Assembly (NCBI GenBank): GCA_031835245.2
Contig: JAVKOQ020000012.1
Location: 62,001-126,000, forward strand
Source of the DNA: Balamuthia mandrillaris
Lineage: Eukaryota
Length of the DNA: 64,000 bases
Reading direction: 5' to 3'
The stretch's first letter is position 1. Each line of letters begins with the position of its first letter. The translations under genes were made by a program, and so were the position numbers. Shown piece after piece: positions 51,271 through 61,153 of the stretch. The notes beneath the pieces were generated by a model. That model was not told the DNA's origin. It was given only the letters and a program-made list of their open reading frames with translations, and made no database searches.

Positions 51271-51610
51271 TTCTTTTTTCTTTTTCTTTTTCTTTTCTTT
51301 TCTTTTTTTTCTTCTAAAGTTTCCAGCATGAGGGGTCTTGCGGGTTGCGCTCCAGACACATGACATCCAAAGTCGTACTACACCCGATGCGCAGGAGCCA
51401 TGGCTAATTGGCGTGAAACTCTATAGTTAGCTTCACCTCCTGCGTTTTGGTTTGATTCGAAACCTGTCCATGGCAGCGGAAGAGACCGTTAAAAAAATTA
51501 TTTTTTTCATTCCAATTTTTTTTGATTTGAAAAGAAAGAAAAGAGAGATTTTTTTTTTGGTGTGTGAGTGAGGGATTGGATTGGAGGGGAGCGAGACTAG
51601 AGCCGCACCA

Positions 51611-52559
51611 ATGTCGAGGAAGCAAAGGACGGACCTGTTGGCGGAGATCTTTGAGGTCGCTGGAGAGGATTTCTCGACGATCGGGCGCTTGTTGCGGCAG
51701 CTGTCCTCGCTGGAGAAGAAGAAGAAGGGGGAGACGATCTGGAGCCGCTCCGAGCTCGATAGCTTTGAGGCCGCTCTCGCGCAACACGGCGCCGAGGACT
51801 TGGACAAAATTTGTGCCGCTGTCCCGAACCGATCCAAGTGAGTGAGATTTTTGAAGGCCTGCCCTACCACCACTTTCTTTTTTTTTTCGATCTCTCATTT
51901 GATTACTTTTTTTTTTGCGATTTGCTAAAACGATAAGAGCTGATGTGAAGGCCCAAGTGAATCTGTGGAAGCAAGCGGGTCAGGTCAAAAAACGGACGTC
52001 GGGTGATATGACCACCGCCGCCGCCGAAGGGGAAGAGGGAACCGGCGGCAGCGTTCCTACCACCCCCGAACGCAGCACGAAGAAACAAAAGCGACGAAAG
52101 TCCGATACTGCAGCTACCGCTGCCGCTCCCTCAGTGGCCGCTAGTACGGCTCCTTCTGCCACGGCCACAACTGCAAAGACTCCTGCTGCCAATGGAACAC
52201 AAACGAACGGCAAAGCAAAGGCCGGGTCGGAAGGAGAAGAAGAGGACGAGGAAGGCACAGCAGAAGAATTGGAGGGTTCGGAAGAAGAAGAAGAAGTGGT
52301 CGAAGAAGTAGAAGAAGAGGAAGAGGAGGAGGAAGAAGAGGAGGACGACAAAGCGGCAGCAGCAGCAGCTGCAGCTGCTGCGATAGAGAGAGAAAAGCAG
52401 GAAAAAGAAAGAAAGGAGAAGGAGAGAAAGGAGGCGGAGGAACGAGCGAAGAAAGAGAAGCAAGCGGCTGCGGCAGCCGCTTCTACCCCATCATCCAAAA
52501 GGCAGAAGAAGAAGAAAAAGAAGGCAAGAAGATCGGATGCAATGAACACCGCCCACTGA
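51611..52559 (+). CDS. SANT/Myb protein resembling chromatin complex subunit BAP18 (C17orf49), acidic/basic tail; 2 exons
   Basis: LAEIFEVAGEDFSTIGRLLRQL followed by WSRSELDSFEAALAQHG..LDKIC..V.NRS; intron near 51838-51938. Confidence 0.7.
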
Positions 52560-52642
52560 CCCTGACAAAGAGAGAAGAGAAAAAGGATAAGAAGAGAGAT
52601 GGCATGATGCAAAATAGATGAAAAATTGATAATAACTGGCTT

Positions 52643-54844
52643 TTAAATCTTCTGCAGCGTCAATGGAGGTACAGTTTCTCTCTTTCTCTTACTGCCTCTC
52701 TTCTTTTTCTTTGACGACAGCGCTCCCGTTGATGAACCACCCTCTCCTCTTTCCTCCAACTGCATACTACTTTTACCTTTCTGCTTCTCTTCCTCCTCTT
52801 CCTCCTCATATTTCTTCTCTTTCTTATCACTATGGCCCTCCGTTTGTTTCGTCTTATTCTCCACAGTAGCAGCTACCTCTTTCCCCTTTCCTTTCTCTTT
52901 CTGCTTCTGCTTCTCCTCCTCCTTGGAACGCCGCCTTTGCAGTTCCTCCTGCTCTTCTTCCTCGGAGGAAGGCCACCGCCCCTCCAAATAGCGCTTCAGC
53001 AGCGCTGCCGCCGAGACGTCCTTCTCATAGTTACACAGGTCAGCATTGGTCTGTCCATCCAGGATCACCAGGCGCTTGCCTTCATCCAACATCTGACGCA
53101 GCTCCGCCACCTCTTCCAACAGATGCCTCTCCAGCACCGTCTTGTAGGCCGGCAGCAACAACTTCCATCGCGCCTCCTTAACAGCCATCAACTTGGTAGG
53201 CTTCTGCTTCAGGCTGGTGGCCCACCCCAGGAGGGGTCCATTGCGATGCTCCTGACGACGAAGACCCTTCATGCTGGTCTTGGTCATGACACTGCGGTCC
53301 ACGCCCGCTCGCTCAAACACCTTCAGGCCCTCGTACAGGCCCTCCACGCTCATGCTCCACTTATTCTCATGGCCAGGAATGGGAATCATGCCATGAGGGT
53401 AGGCGAGCCCAAACTTGCGCCATCGGTTGTCGGTACTGCTGGGCGTGATGTCCACCAGCACGGCCTGTTTGCCCAACTCTTCCAGTAACTCCCCCGACAT
53501 TCTTCTCGGGCGTATCAAGATGGGTCCCTCCTTCTCGATCATCTTCATCAGACTGGCGGGATCCGTCGTGCTGAGGCTTTTCCTTCGCTCGCTGCCGCTT
53601 CTGCTTCTCGCCTTGCCTGCATTAGTGTTGCCGCTTCCTTCTCCTCCATCTTCGGTGGCAGAGAGCTCCAAGGCTTCGCGAAGGTATCGTTCCCTGTCTT
53701 CCTCTGCCTGCTCGTCGAATTTCTGCTTCAGAGGGCCGCCCTCCTCGCACACCTGTCGCCACTTGGCGCCCAGCAGCTTGGCCCGCTCGCCGAAGCCCAA
53801 GGGGCGCTCCGACTCGCTCTGTATGATCGGCCCATATTCCAAGCAGAAGAAATGGTAGGCACTGCGGGGCTTCTTGAGCTTACCGGGTTGCTTCTCCTCA
53901 TCGTCGTTTTTGCTCTTTGTTCGTTGTTTCTTTGTGGGTCGTTTGTTTTGGGCGTTGTTGACGGCAGTGGCGGAGGAGGGGGAGGAGGAAGAAAGCAGGG
54001 CGCGAAGCTGGGGAGGGAGGTCAGCGGGGGAAGAGGCAACATCATCAAAGTCGACCAGATCTCTGAGGGAGTAGTTCAGCGAGAAGAGGGGCATAAGGAT
54101 GGAGTAGACGAGGCTGGTGAGATCCTCTTCCACAGCCTCTGCTCGCTGCTTGATGGTTCTCTCTTTACGCAGTTGTTGACGAGACAACTGCTGTTGCGGT
54201 TGATCGTTGTTGTGGTCATGTGGAGGGGAGGAAGAAGAAGAAGAGGCGTTTGGATTGCGGCGCTCCATCAGCTTGTCCACGATGCCTTCCAGCTGGACCA
54301 CAGCCGCAGCGGCGGAGGAGGCGGCCTCCGTGGAGCTGTTGCTGCTCCCTTGGGCGCCGTTTTCGACCGTTTCGTTGTGTTGTCGTTGACCTCCTTCTCC
54401 GTTTGCTTTGTGCGTTGGTTGGGCAGCAGGCTCAACGAGGGAAGCGGAAGATTTCTTCTTCTTCCCTTTCTTCTTTGCCTTCTTTGTTTTTTTCGTGGAT
54501 GTCTGCTGCTGTGACTGCTGATCCCTAGGGTTATCATTCCCCGAGGCAGCTGCCCCGCCCCCTTTCTCCTTGCCGACCGGCGCATCGCTTGCCTTGCTCT
54601 CTTCGGTCTTGTTGGCGGTCTCCGAGGGAGAGGGGGCTGCCGCTTTAAAGCTTCTCTTTCTTTTCAGCATCCGTCGGGAGAGGGGGCTTCCGGGGGAGTT
54701 GATGATCCCATCCAGCCAGGCTTCCTCCTTGGAACGCGTTGGTTGTATGCCTGCGCCCGACTCGTCCGCGGCAGCATGATGAGCCTTCACCCCTTTGGGC
54801 TGGCCCCCAGATGGGGTGAGCCTTCGTGCCGCAGCTGCGCTCAT
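52643..54844 (-). CDS. HMG-box protein fused to a DUF6939-like domain; intronless 733 aa
   Basis: HMG KKPRSAYHFF..FGERAKLLGAKW..AEEDRERY; downstream YPHG.IPIPG, SVEGLYEGLKVFE, SMKGLRR, AR....LPAYK.VLE, LD.QTNAD, LKRYLEGRWP; several basic NLS-like tracts. Confidence 0.85.
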   Translation of the reverse strand: MSAAAARRLTPSGGQPKGVKAHHAAADESGAGIQPTRSKEEAWLDGIINSPGSPLSRRMLKRKRSFKAAAPSPSETANKTEESKASDAPVGKEKGGGAAASGNDNPRDQQSQQQTSTKKTKKAKKKGKKKKSSASLVEPAAQPTHKANGEGGQRQHNETVENGAQGSSNSSTEAASSAAAAVVQLEGIVDKLMERRNPNASSSSSSPPHDHNNDQPQQQLSRQQLRKERTIKQRAEAVEEDLTSLVYSILMPLFSLNYSLRDLVDFDDVASSPADLPPQLRALLSSSSPSSATAVNNAQNKRPTKKQRTKSKNDDEEKQPGKLKKPRSAYHFFCLEYGPIIQSESERPLGFGERAKLLGAKWRQVCEEGGPLKQKFDEQAEEDRERYLREALELSATEDGGEGSGNTNAGKARSRSGSERRKSLSTTDPASLMKMIEKEGPILIRPRRMSGELLEELGKQAVLVDITPSSTDNRWRKFGLAYPHGMIPIPGHENKWSMSVEGLYEGLKVFERAGVDRSVMTKTSMKGLRRQEHRNGPLLGWATSLKQKPTKLMAVKEARWKLLLPAYKTVLERHLLEEVAELRQMLDEGKRLVILDGQTNADLCNYEKDVSAAALLKRYLEGRWPSSEEEEQEELQRRRSKEEEKQKQKEKGKGKEVAATVENKTKQTEGHSDKKEKKYEEEEEEEKQKGKSSMQLEERGEGGSSTGALSSKKKKRGSKRKRETVPPLTLQKI

Positions 54845-55243
54845 CTGCGGCTCTCTTTCCTCCTTTTTTTTTTAATTTTTTTTGTTTTGGGCAAGCTTGA
54901 CATTCTTTGCATTCTTGGGCGGACAAAACCACGCAACGGTTTTTCCGGCAATGCAAAAGTGTCTCGGCTGGGGAGTACCGGTGACCCCTATCGAGGCGGA
55001 GGACAGTTTTGGCCACGCACGGAAGAATGAGCGGTTGGAACCAGAGGAGCCAATGGCAGCGGAGCTAATCAACGCTTTCATTTTAGAAGGGTGACTCCTC
55101 AGCTCGAGTTTTTTTTTTTTTGCGTTGCTATTCGTTGGGAAGAAGGCCAAAACCAAAACAAAAGAAGACCAAGATCCGCTTTGCGCTGCCGCCATCACCA
55201 CTACCACTACGCTGAGATTATTTTTTTCTTTTTAACAAAAAAG

Positions 55244-57169
55244 ATGCAAGAGGCAGAATGTACGAGGATGTTTTTTCCTTGTTGTGTTTTCCTTGTTGTT
55301 GTTGGTTTTTTTTTTTGTGTGTGTTGGATTGTGATTTCCGCTACGTTTTTTTTTTCATTTTGTTTTCCGGTTGTTCTTCTTTTGTTTGCTCCTCCTCCTC
55401 GTTCTTCTTCGTTCTCGTTGTTGTTTTTCTCATCGTGGCGGTGTAGCAGCCTGTTGGTGTAGTGGTGGAGCTCGCTCTCTTCAACCTACTGACAAGCTTG
55501 TCATTTATTTCCTCCTCTTTGCTGTTTAGACCAGCAGAGGGAACAGGAGGCCAAGCAGTGGATCGCCGCTGTGAGCGGCCAACAGGTGAATGACGTCCAG
55601 GCTGACCTCAAGTCCGGCGTCGTCCTTTGCAACTTGGTCAACACCATCCGCCCCAACACCATCACCAAGGTCAACAACTACAAAGCTACCTTCAGCCAAA
55701 TGGTAACTGTCACCACCCTTCCTTTGTGCCTTATCTGTTTCGCTTTCTTCCTTTTTCCTGCTTCGGCCAAGTGTGGTGTGTGCTAACGAGTATGAATGAC
55801 TACCAACAGGAAAATCTCGACAACTTCTTGAAGGCTGTTGCTGCCTTTGGTGTGGCTGCCGAAGATAAGTTCATGGCTGAGGACTTGTTCTACGGAAACA
55901 ATATCCCAAAGGTGAGTGCCTTGAGTGAAGACCAACACCTTCAACACTTTTTAAACATTCTGATTTGAGCATGTTTGCCTCAGGTTATTTTGACTCTGTT
56001 TGCCTTGTCTGCTGCTTGTGCGTCCCAATTGTCTTCTACTTTGTCTGAAGATGCTATTCCTGTATGTACTTCCTCTCTCTCTCTCTCTCTCCTCCTCCTC
56101 CCTCTTCTCTTGCTCTATCCTCTACACTTGCTCTCCACTCCAAACTCACATTCATTACGACACAAAGGCTCTCAGAGAATTCGCTGCTGCCTCGCAAAAG
56201 GAGGGCAAGAAGAGGGAAGCCTATACCGGTCTCAGTCTTTTCGAGGCTGGAGCCTCCAAGTCCCAGAGGCAAGCCTCCGCTGCCACCAGACAAGGTGACC
56301 GCATGATTCTCAGCACTGAAAAATCCGTGGACACCTCTGGCTCCCTTGGCTTTGCTGACTCGGGAAGCATGAAGGCCCAAAAAATGATTTCCCAGGCCAA
56401 GATCGGCACTCAGGACAAGATCATCATGAGCCGCGACACCGCCGTTGCCTCTGGCGAGTTGGGCTATGTCGACTCTCACTCCACCAAGAGCCAGCAGATG
56501 ATTTCCGACGCCAAACGCTCTGGTCAGGACAAGATCATCATGAGCCGTGACACCGCCGTGGCCTCCAGCGAGTTGGGCATGATCGACGCCGCCTCCTCCA
56601 AGAACCAAAAGATGATCTCCAGCGCCAAGAGTTCCGGCCAGGACAAGATCATCATGAGCCGTGACACCGCTGTGGCCTCTGGCGAGTTGGGCTACGTAGA
56701 TGCCCATTCCACCAAGAGCCAACAAATGATCTCCGAAGCCAAGCGCTCCGGCCAGGACAAGATTATCATGAGCCGTGACACCGCTGTGGCCTCTGGTGAG
56801 CTGGGCTACGTAGATGCCCACTCCACCAAGAGCCAGCAAATGATTTCCGACGCCAAACGCTCCGGCCAGGACCAAATCATCAGGACGAAGGACACCGCCG
56901 TGGCCTCCAGCGAGTTGGGCATGATCGACGCCAACTCCTCCAAGAACCAACAAATGATCTCCGAAGCCAAGCGTTCCGCCCAGGACTCCATCATCAAGAG
57001 CAAGGACCAAGCCATGAACACGGGAGAGCTGGGACTCATCGACTCTCAGGCGGGAGAGCACCAGCGAGTCATCTCGGATGCCCGTCAGACCAAGTTGGAC
57101 AACATCGTTCGTTACGCCAAGAAGAGCGGTGAGCATGATGCTGTTCCCCAGGAAGATGAACAAAACTAA
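55244..57169 (+). CDS. Calponin-homology protein with eight 38-aa C-terminal repeats; multi-exon
   Basis: Spliced MQEAEYQQREQEAKQWI..LKSGVVLCNLVNTI..ENLDNFL..F..EDLF; 114-bp repeats at about 56212-57120. Confidence 0.88.
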
Positions 57170-57321
57170 AGTGAACTGTGGAGGGGATACTAGCTTGTAA
57201 GAACAGCAAAACAAAACGAATACCTTTTTTTTTTTTTGAAAATCCTCTCTCATCTCTCTCTCTCTCTCTCCTTCAAATCTTGCAGTGAGAAAAAGTAGTG
57301 GACTGTTGTTATTGTTTTTGG

Positions 57322-57481
57322 TCACTTCAAGAGTAAGCTGTTGATCTTGTTGAGAAGCATTTGCATTTTGGCACTTGCTTCCACTAGAGAAGCACGATCT
57401 TTGTGCGTTTCCGGCGTACACTTGAGAAGTTCCTGTTGTTTTGCAACACATGAATGGTGAATGAAAAGAAGCAGAGGAGAG

Positions 57482-57513
<32 letters not shown>

Positions 57514-57565
57514 TGCAAGACCTTGAGAAGAAGCAGAGAAGAGAGAGAGGGAGGAGAGAGAGAGG

Positions 57566-57625
<60 letters not shown>

Positions 57626-57988
57626 GGAGAGAGAGAGAGAGAGAGAGAGTGATGCGAGACCTTGATAAGAAGCGGGTATTTACAAATACGTTGGAGGGGT
57701 TTTATGATGAAGCTCTGGATATCCAGGTTGCGGGTTTCTGGTTGTTCCGTCATGATTGTCTATTGCGTGAGAAAGTGCAAAGTAAGAGCAAAGAAAACGG
57801 AGAGGAGAGTTGAAGGACAAAGGAGGAGAAAAAGGAGACCTCTAAACAACGAACAAAGCTTTCGTCATCCTTTTGTGTCTTCAAATGAAAAAGAAGGTCC
57901 AGCGCAGCGTTTTGGTTGGCACAGTAGTCGCTGTAAACCTCTAGCTTCTCGAGCTAGCATATTGAAAGGCCTACCCGTTAGGAAAATG

Positions 57989-58042
<54 letters not shown>

Positions 58043-59019
58043 GCAAACCATTTCCAGGAATACCTGGCCAATACACTGAGAGGCAATGTCCTTGAGTACC
58101 TCGCGCTCAAGGCAGTGAAGAAGTTGACTGTTGGCTACGATGAGAACTTCCGCATTTGAGAATAGCTGCTCTGCATCCGTAACGGTGATAACCTTTGTTT
58201 GCACCAGTCGTTGTTTGAACACCTTTTTGTGGAGAACAAGTTGAGCAGTAGAGAACAAGAAAGCAGAGGAGTGGGAGAAGAGGCGGAAGAAGAAGAAGAA
58301 GAAGAAGAAGAAGAAGAAGAAGAAGAACAAGAACAAGAAGAAGAAGAAGAAGAAGAAGAAGAACAAGAACAAGAAGAACAAGAAGAAGAAGAAGAAGAAG
58401 AAGAAGAAGAAGAAGAAGAAGAAGAAGAACAAGAAGAAGAACAAGAAGAAGAACAAGAAGAACAAGAAAAAGAACAAGAAGCAGCAAAAGAAGTCGAAGA
58501 AGAACAAGAACAAGAACGAGAAGGAGGTGAAGAGAAGAAGGGCAAAGAGACATACATTAACAAGAATAGTAAGATCCTCAAAGTAAGTTCGTTCCGTGGC
58601 AAGCAACTCTTGAACCACCAAGTCCCTCCGTCGTTGGTCCTCCATCTGTCGCTTCAACGATTCCTGCTCCAAAAACGATCGCCTCGGCATTAACTCGGGG
58701 TGCTGGTCGTGATATTGGTGGTGCGGTTGTTGCGTGTGAGGTCGTTGCTTCAGTTGGACAGGCCCGGAGGCCACAAACTTGAACTTGTTCCCAGCGGAAG
58801 CAACTGCTGTTCTTTGAGCGCGGCTGCGCGTGCTCTCCCCAACGGCGTGGCTCTTATGTAACGGCGGTCGAAAGTAGATGCTGCCGAGCCGTCGCTTGTA
58901 CCTCCGCGTGGTGACCTGGATGACCGTTCTGGCTCCTTGTTCCAGAGAGAGCTCTGTTGTTGTTGTTAGTTTTTTTTTTTTCGTTCGTTTTGTTGCTTAT
59001 ATTTACAGTAAAAGTACTC

Positions 59020-59067
<48 letters not shown>

Positions 59068-60094
59068 AATATAACAGAAGCATGTCACGAAAGAAAGGCC
59101 AACCTTCATCGGGGCTATCACCCCCGCTGATGTCGTCGCCATCATCAGCGCATCTCGAGGGATTGGTAGAAGCTGAAAGGGAAGGAGCTGATGGCGCGGC
59201 AGCCGTCGCTTTGTCTGCTGTCTCTTCTTCGTCTTCTTCTTCTTCTTTGGGTTTGTTGAGCCGAGGAATGAAGTCGGGCAATAGGGTTTGACGAAAACGA
59301 GGACAGGTTTGTTGCAGGTCTGCGACCAACTCGTCCACTTGCTTCTTTGCCGCAGCGCTCCAACCACAACCACAAGGAGGAGGGGTCGTCTCATTGTTTT
59401 GCGACGGTGCCCTGAGCTCTTTGAGCTGCAGTTGGATGGCGTCCAGGTAGTCCAGCAAAGAGAGAGCTTGTTTCAGGTGTTGGTCGGCTTTCAGCTCCGC
59501 CTTCACTCTGCGTTGCGTCTCAAGAAGGTACTCCCGTCCTAAACGTTTGTTCTCTCTTTTGTAATGTGCTTCTCCATCTGTTGCATTCATTGTTTGTTGT
59601 TTGGTTTCAGGTTCCTTTGTTTGAATAAGGTGAGCTACCATACCTTCTGCCTTGCTGGTAGCGAACAATGGCTTGGTAGCTCGAATCCTCCCAGCAGGGG
59701 CTGTTGCCCTTCGGCTGAGGCTATTGGTATCATGGTCATTTTCATCAGCGTTGCTGCCGCTGCTTTCATGTTTGCGATTGTCCTTGTTGTTGAGTTGGGG
59801 TACTTCAACAACATCGGGTTCTTCATGGATGATAATGTTATTCTCCAGCGATGCAGCAGTAGGCATCCGCTGTCTTGGGGATAGTTGGGAATTCAGGGCC
59901 GTCTTACCCTTTTCAACATTGCAACGATGTTCCTTAGCGTCCTCCATGGTTTGTTGTTGCGAACCCAGGTCGTCCATCTTGTCCGCTTTCAGCCGAGGTG
60001 AGCCTGATGGTGGAGTCGAGGCCGGATTGAAATGCTGCCTTTTGCTCTGGCAGGGCCGCCAGGCTTGAGGCCCGGGCGTCGCGCTGTTCTGCAT
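57322..60094 (-). CDS. RhoGEF (Dbl-homology domain at C-terminus); multi-exon, start uncertain
   Basis: VVQELLATERTY, LFSN, YSDYCANQ, SFIIKPLQRICKYPLL, ELLKCTP..H.D..L....IN. Confidence 0.87.
58286..58520. repeat. (GAA/CAA)n trinucleotide array, intronic
   Basis: Inside a RhoGEF intron that splits DH motifs; reads TTC/TTG on the transcript strand. Confidence 0.92.
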
Positions 60095-60512
60095 TCGTCT
60101 TGCGGTGAACAATTGCTCTTTCTCACGGCCACTAGCCGTTTCTTCCTTTTAGTGCAAAGGCAGCCAACATTTTTTTTTCGGTTGACCGTGCTATAGCAGC
60201 CTCTTCTCCTGAAAGGTGTCCTTTCGTAGGGTTGCTGTGAGTTATGCCGCAAAAAATTTAAGGAATTCGCATGGTCGGCATTTTTTGCGTAACTTGAATT
60301 CCAAAGAAAGAGTCGCGGGTCCGCCGTTCTTCCTAATTTCTGGATGAGGGTCCCTCTGGTAGTTCTTAATCCTTTTTTTAGTTATCTTTTCTTTTTTCTT
60401 TCTTCTCCGCTGAATACACTACACACACTCCCACACGCGTTGCACAAAACAATGGTGCGTACGATTACACTACACCCCCTTTCTTTCCGCCGCCCTTGGG
60501 TGGTTCTTTATT

Positions 60513-60610
60513 TCTTGTGATGAGACAATCTTTCCATTATGGTCTTCTTTCTTTTGATACGACTATGAAACCAAACTTCGCTATTTCAAGCCAAATTCAA
60601 ATCTGATTCG
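60513..60610 (+). ncRNA. Box C/D snoRNA candidate 1
   Basis: C box GTGATGA 60517-60523, D box CTGA 60603-60606, 79 nt before the acceptor. Confidence 0.65.
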
Positions 60611-60792
60611 CTGCTACTTTTTTTTTTCGTATTACTTTCACTAGGTTTTATTCTTTCCATTTTACTCACTCGTTTATTCTCACAGGAATAAAAAAACATT
60701 TTTTTTTACCGGTCCAACCGTAGTTCTTATCGCTCGGAAGATGAAAAGGTTAGTTTGGAGCGATTATTTATGTTCACTCTTTTTTTCCCTCT

Positions 60793-60888
60793 CTCTGTGA
60801 CGACGCAAATCAAAGGCTTAATTGCTGAAGCTGGGAGAAATAAGTCGCTCCTAGCGTAAAATGATTAATCTTACAATACTCTGAGATT
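60793..60888 (+). ncRNA. Box C/D snoRNA candidate 2 (double guide)
   Basis: C GTGACGA 60797, D' CTGA 60825, C' ATGATTA 60861, D CTGA 60881; both guides antisense to the LSU rRNA 3' region as I recall it. Confidence 0.78.
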
Positions 60889-61077
60889 TTTCCGTTTATT
60901 TTTTTTTTAAACTTAAAACTTGTTTTTGTTTGGCTGCTCACTGTCTTTCTCTTTGCTCACAGAGTTTTCATCCCGGCCCTCTTTACCACGCTTTTATTTA
61001 GCCGCTGCTTTACGAAGAAGACAAAGGGTGCGCAGTGTTTGTGTGCTTGTTGTGTGTTGTGTGAAACTGTACGCTGT

Positions 61078-61153
61078 GTTTGTGATGAAAACATTCTAAG
61101 GAAGTGCCGTATGAAATCCTGCATGATTTCAATTCCTTTAAAACTCTGATTTT
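61078..61153 (+). ncRNA. Box C/D snoRNA candidate 3
   Basis: C GTGATGA 61082, D' ATGA 61111, C' ATGATTT 61123, D CTGA 61146; TCAATTCCTTTAA antisense to conserved SSU TTAAAGGAATTGA. Confidence 0.78.

Noticed and set aside
51375..51384. GTGTAGTA on the minus strand, the U2 snRNA branch-pairing sequence
   Set aside because: Flanks do not match U2 and no Sm site or U2 stems are evident.
56212..57120. CRISPR-like or mobile repeat array
   Set aside because: 114-bp units are in-frame coding repeats with synonymous variation and no unique spacers.
58107..58693. Poly-Glu, poly-Phe, poly-Leu and poly-Ser ORFs
   Set aside because: Stop-free triplet repeat inside a RhoGEF intron; DH motifs join correctly when it is spliced out.
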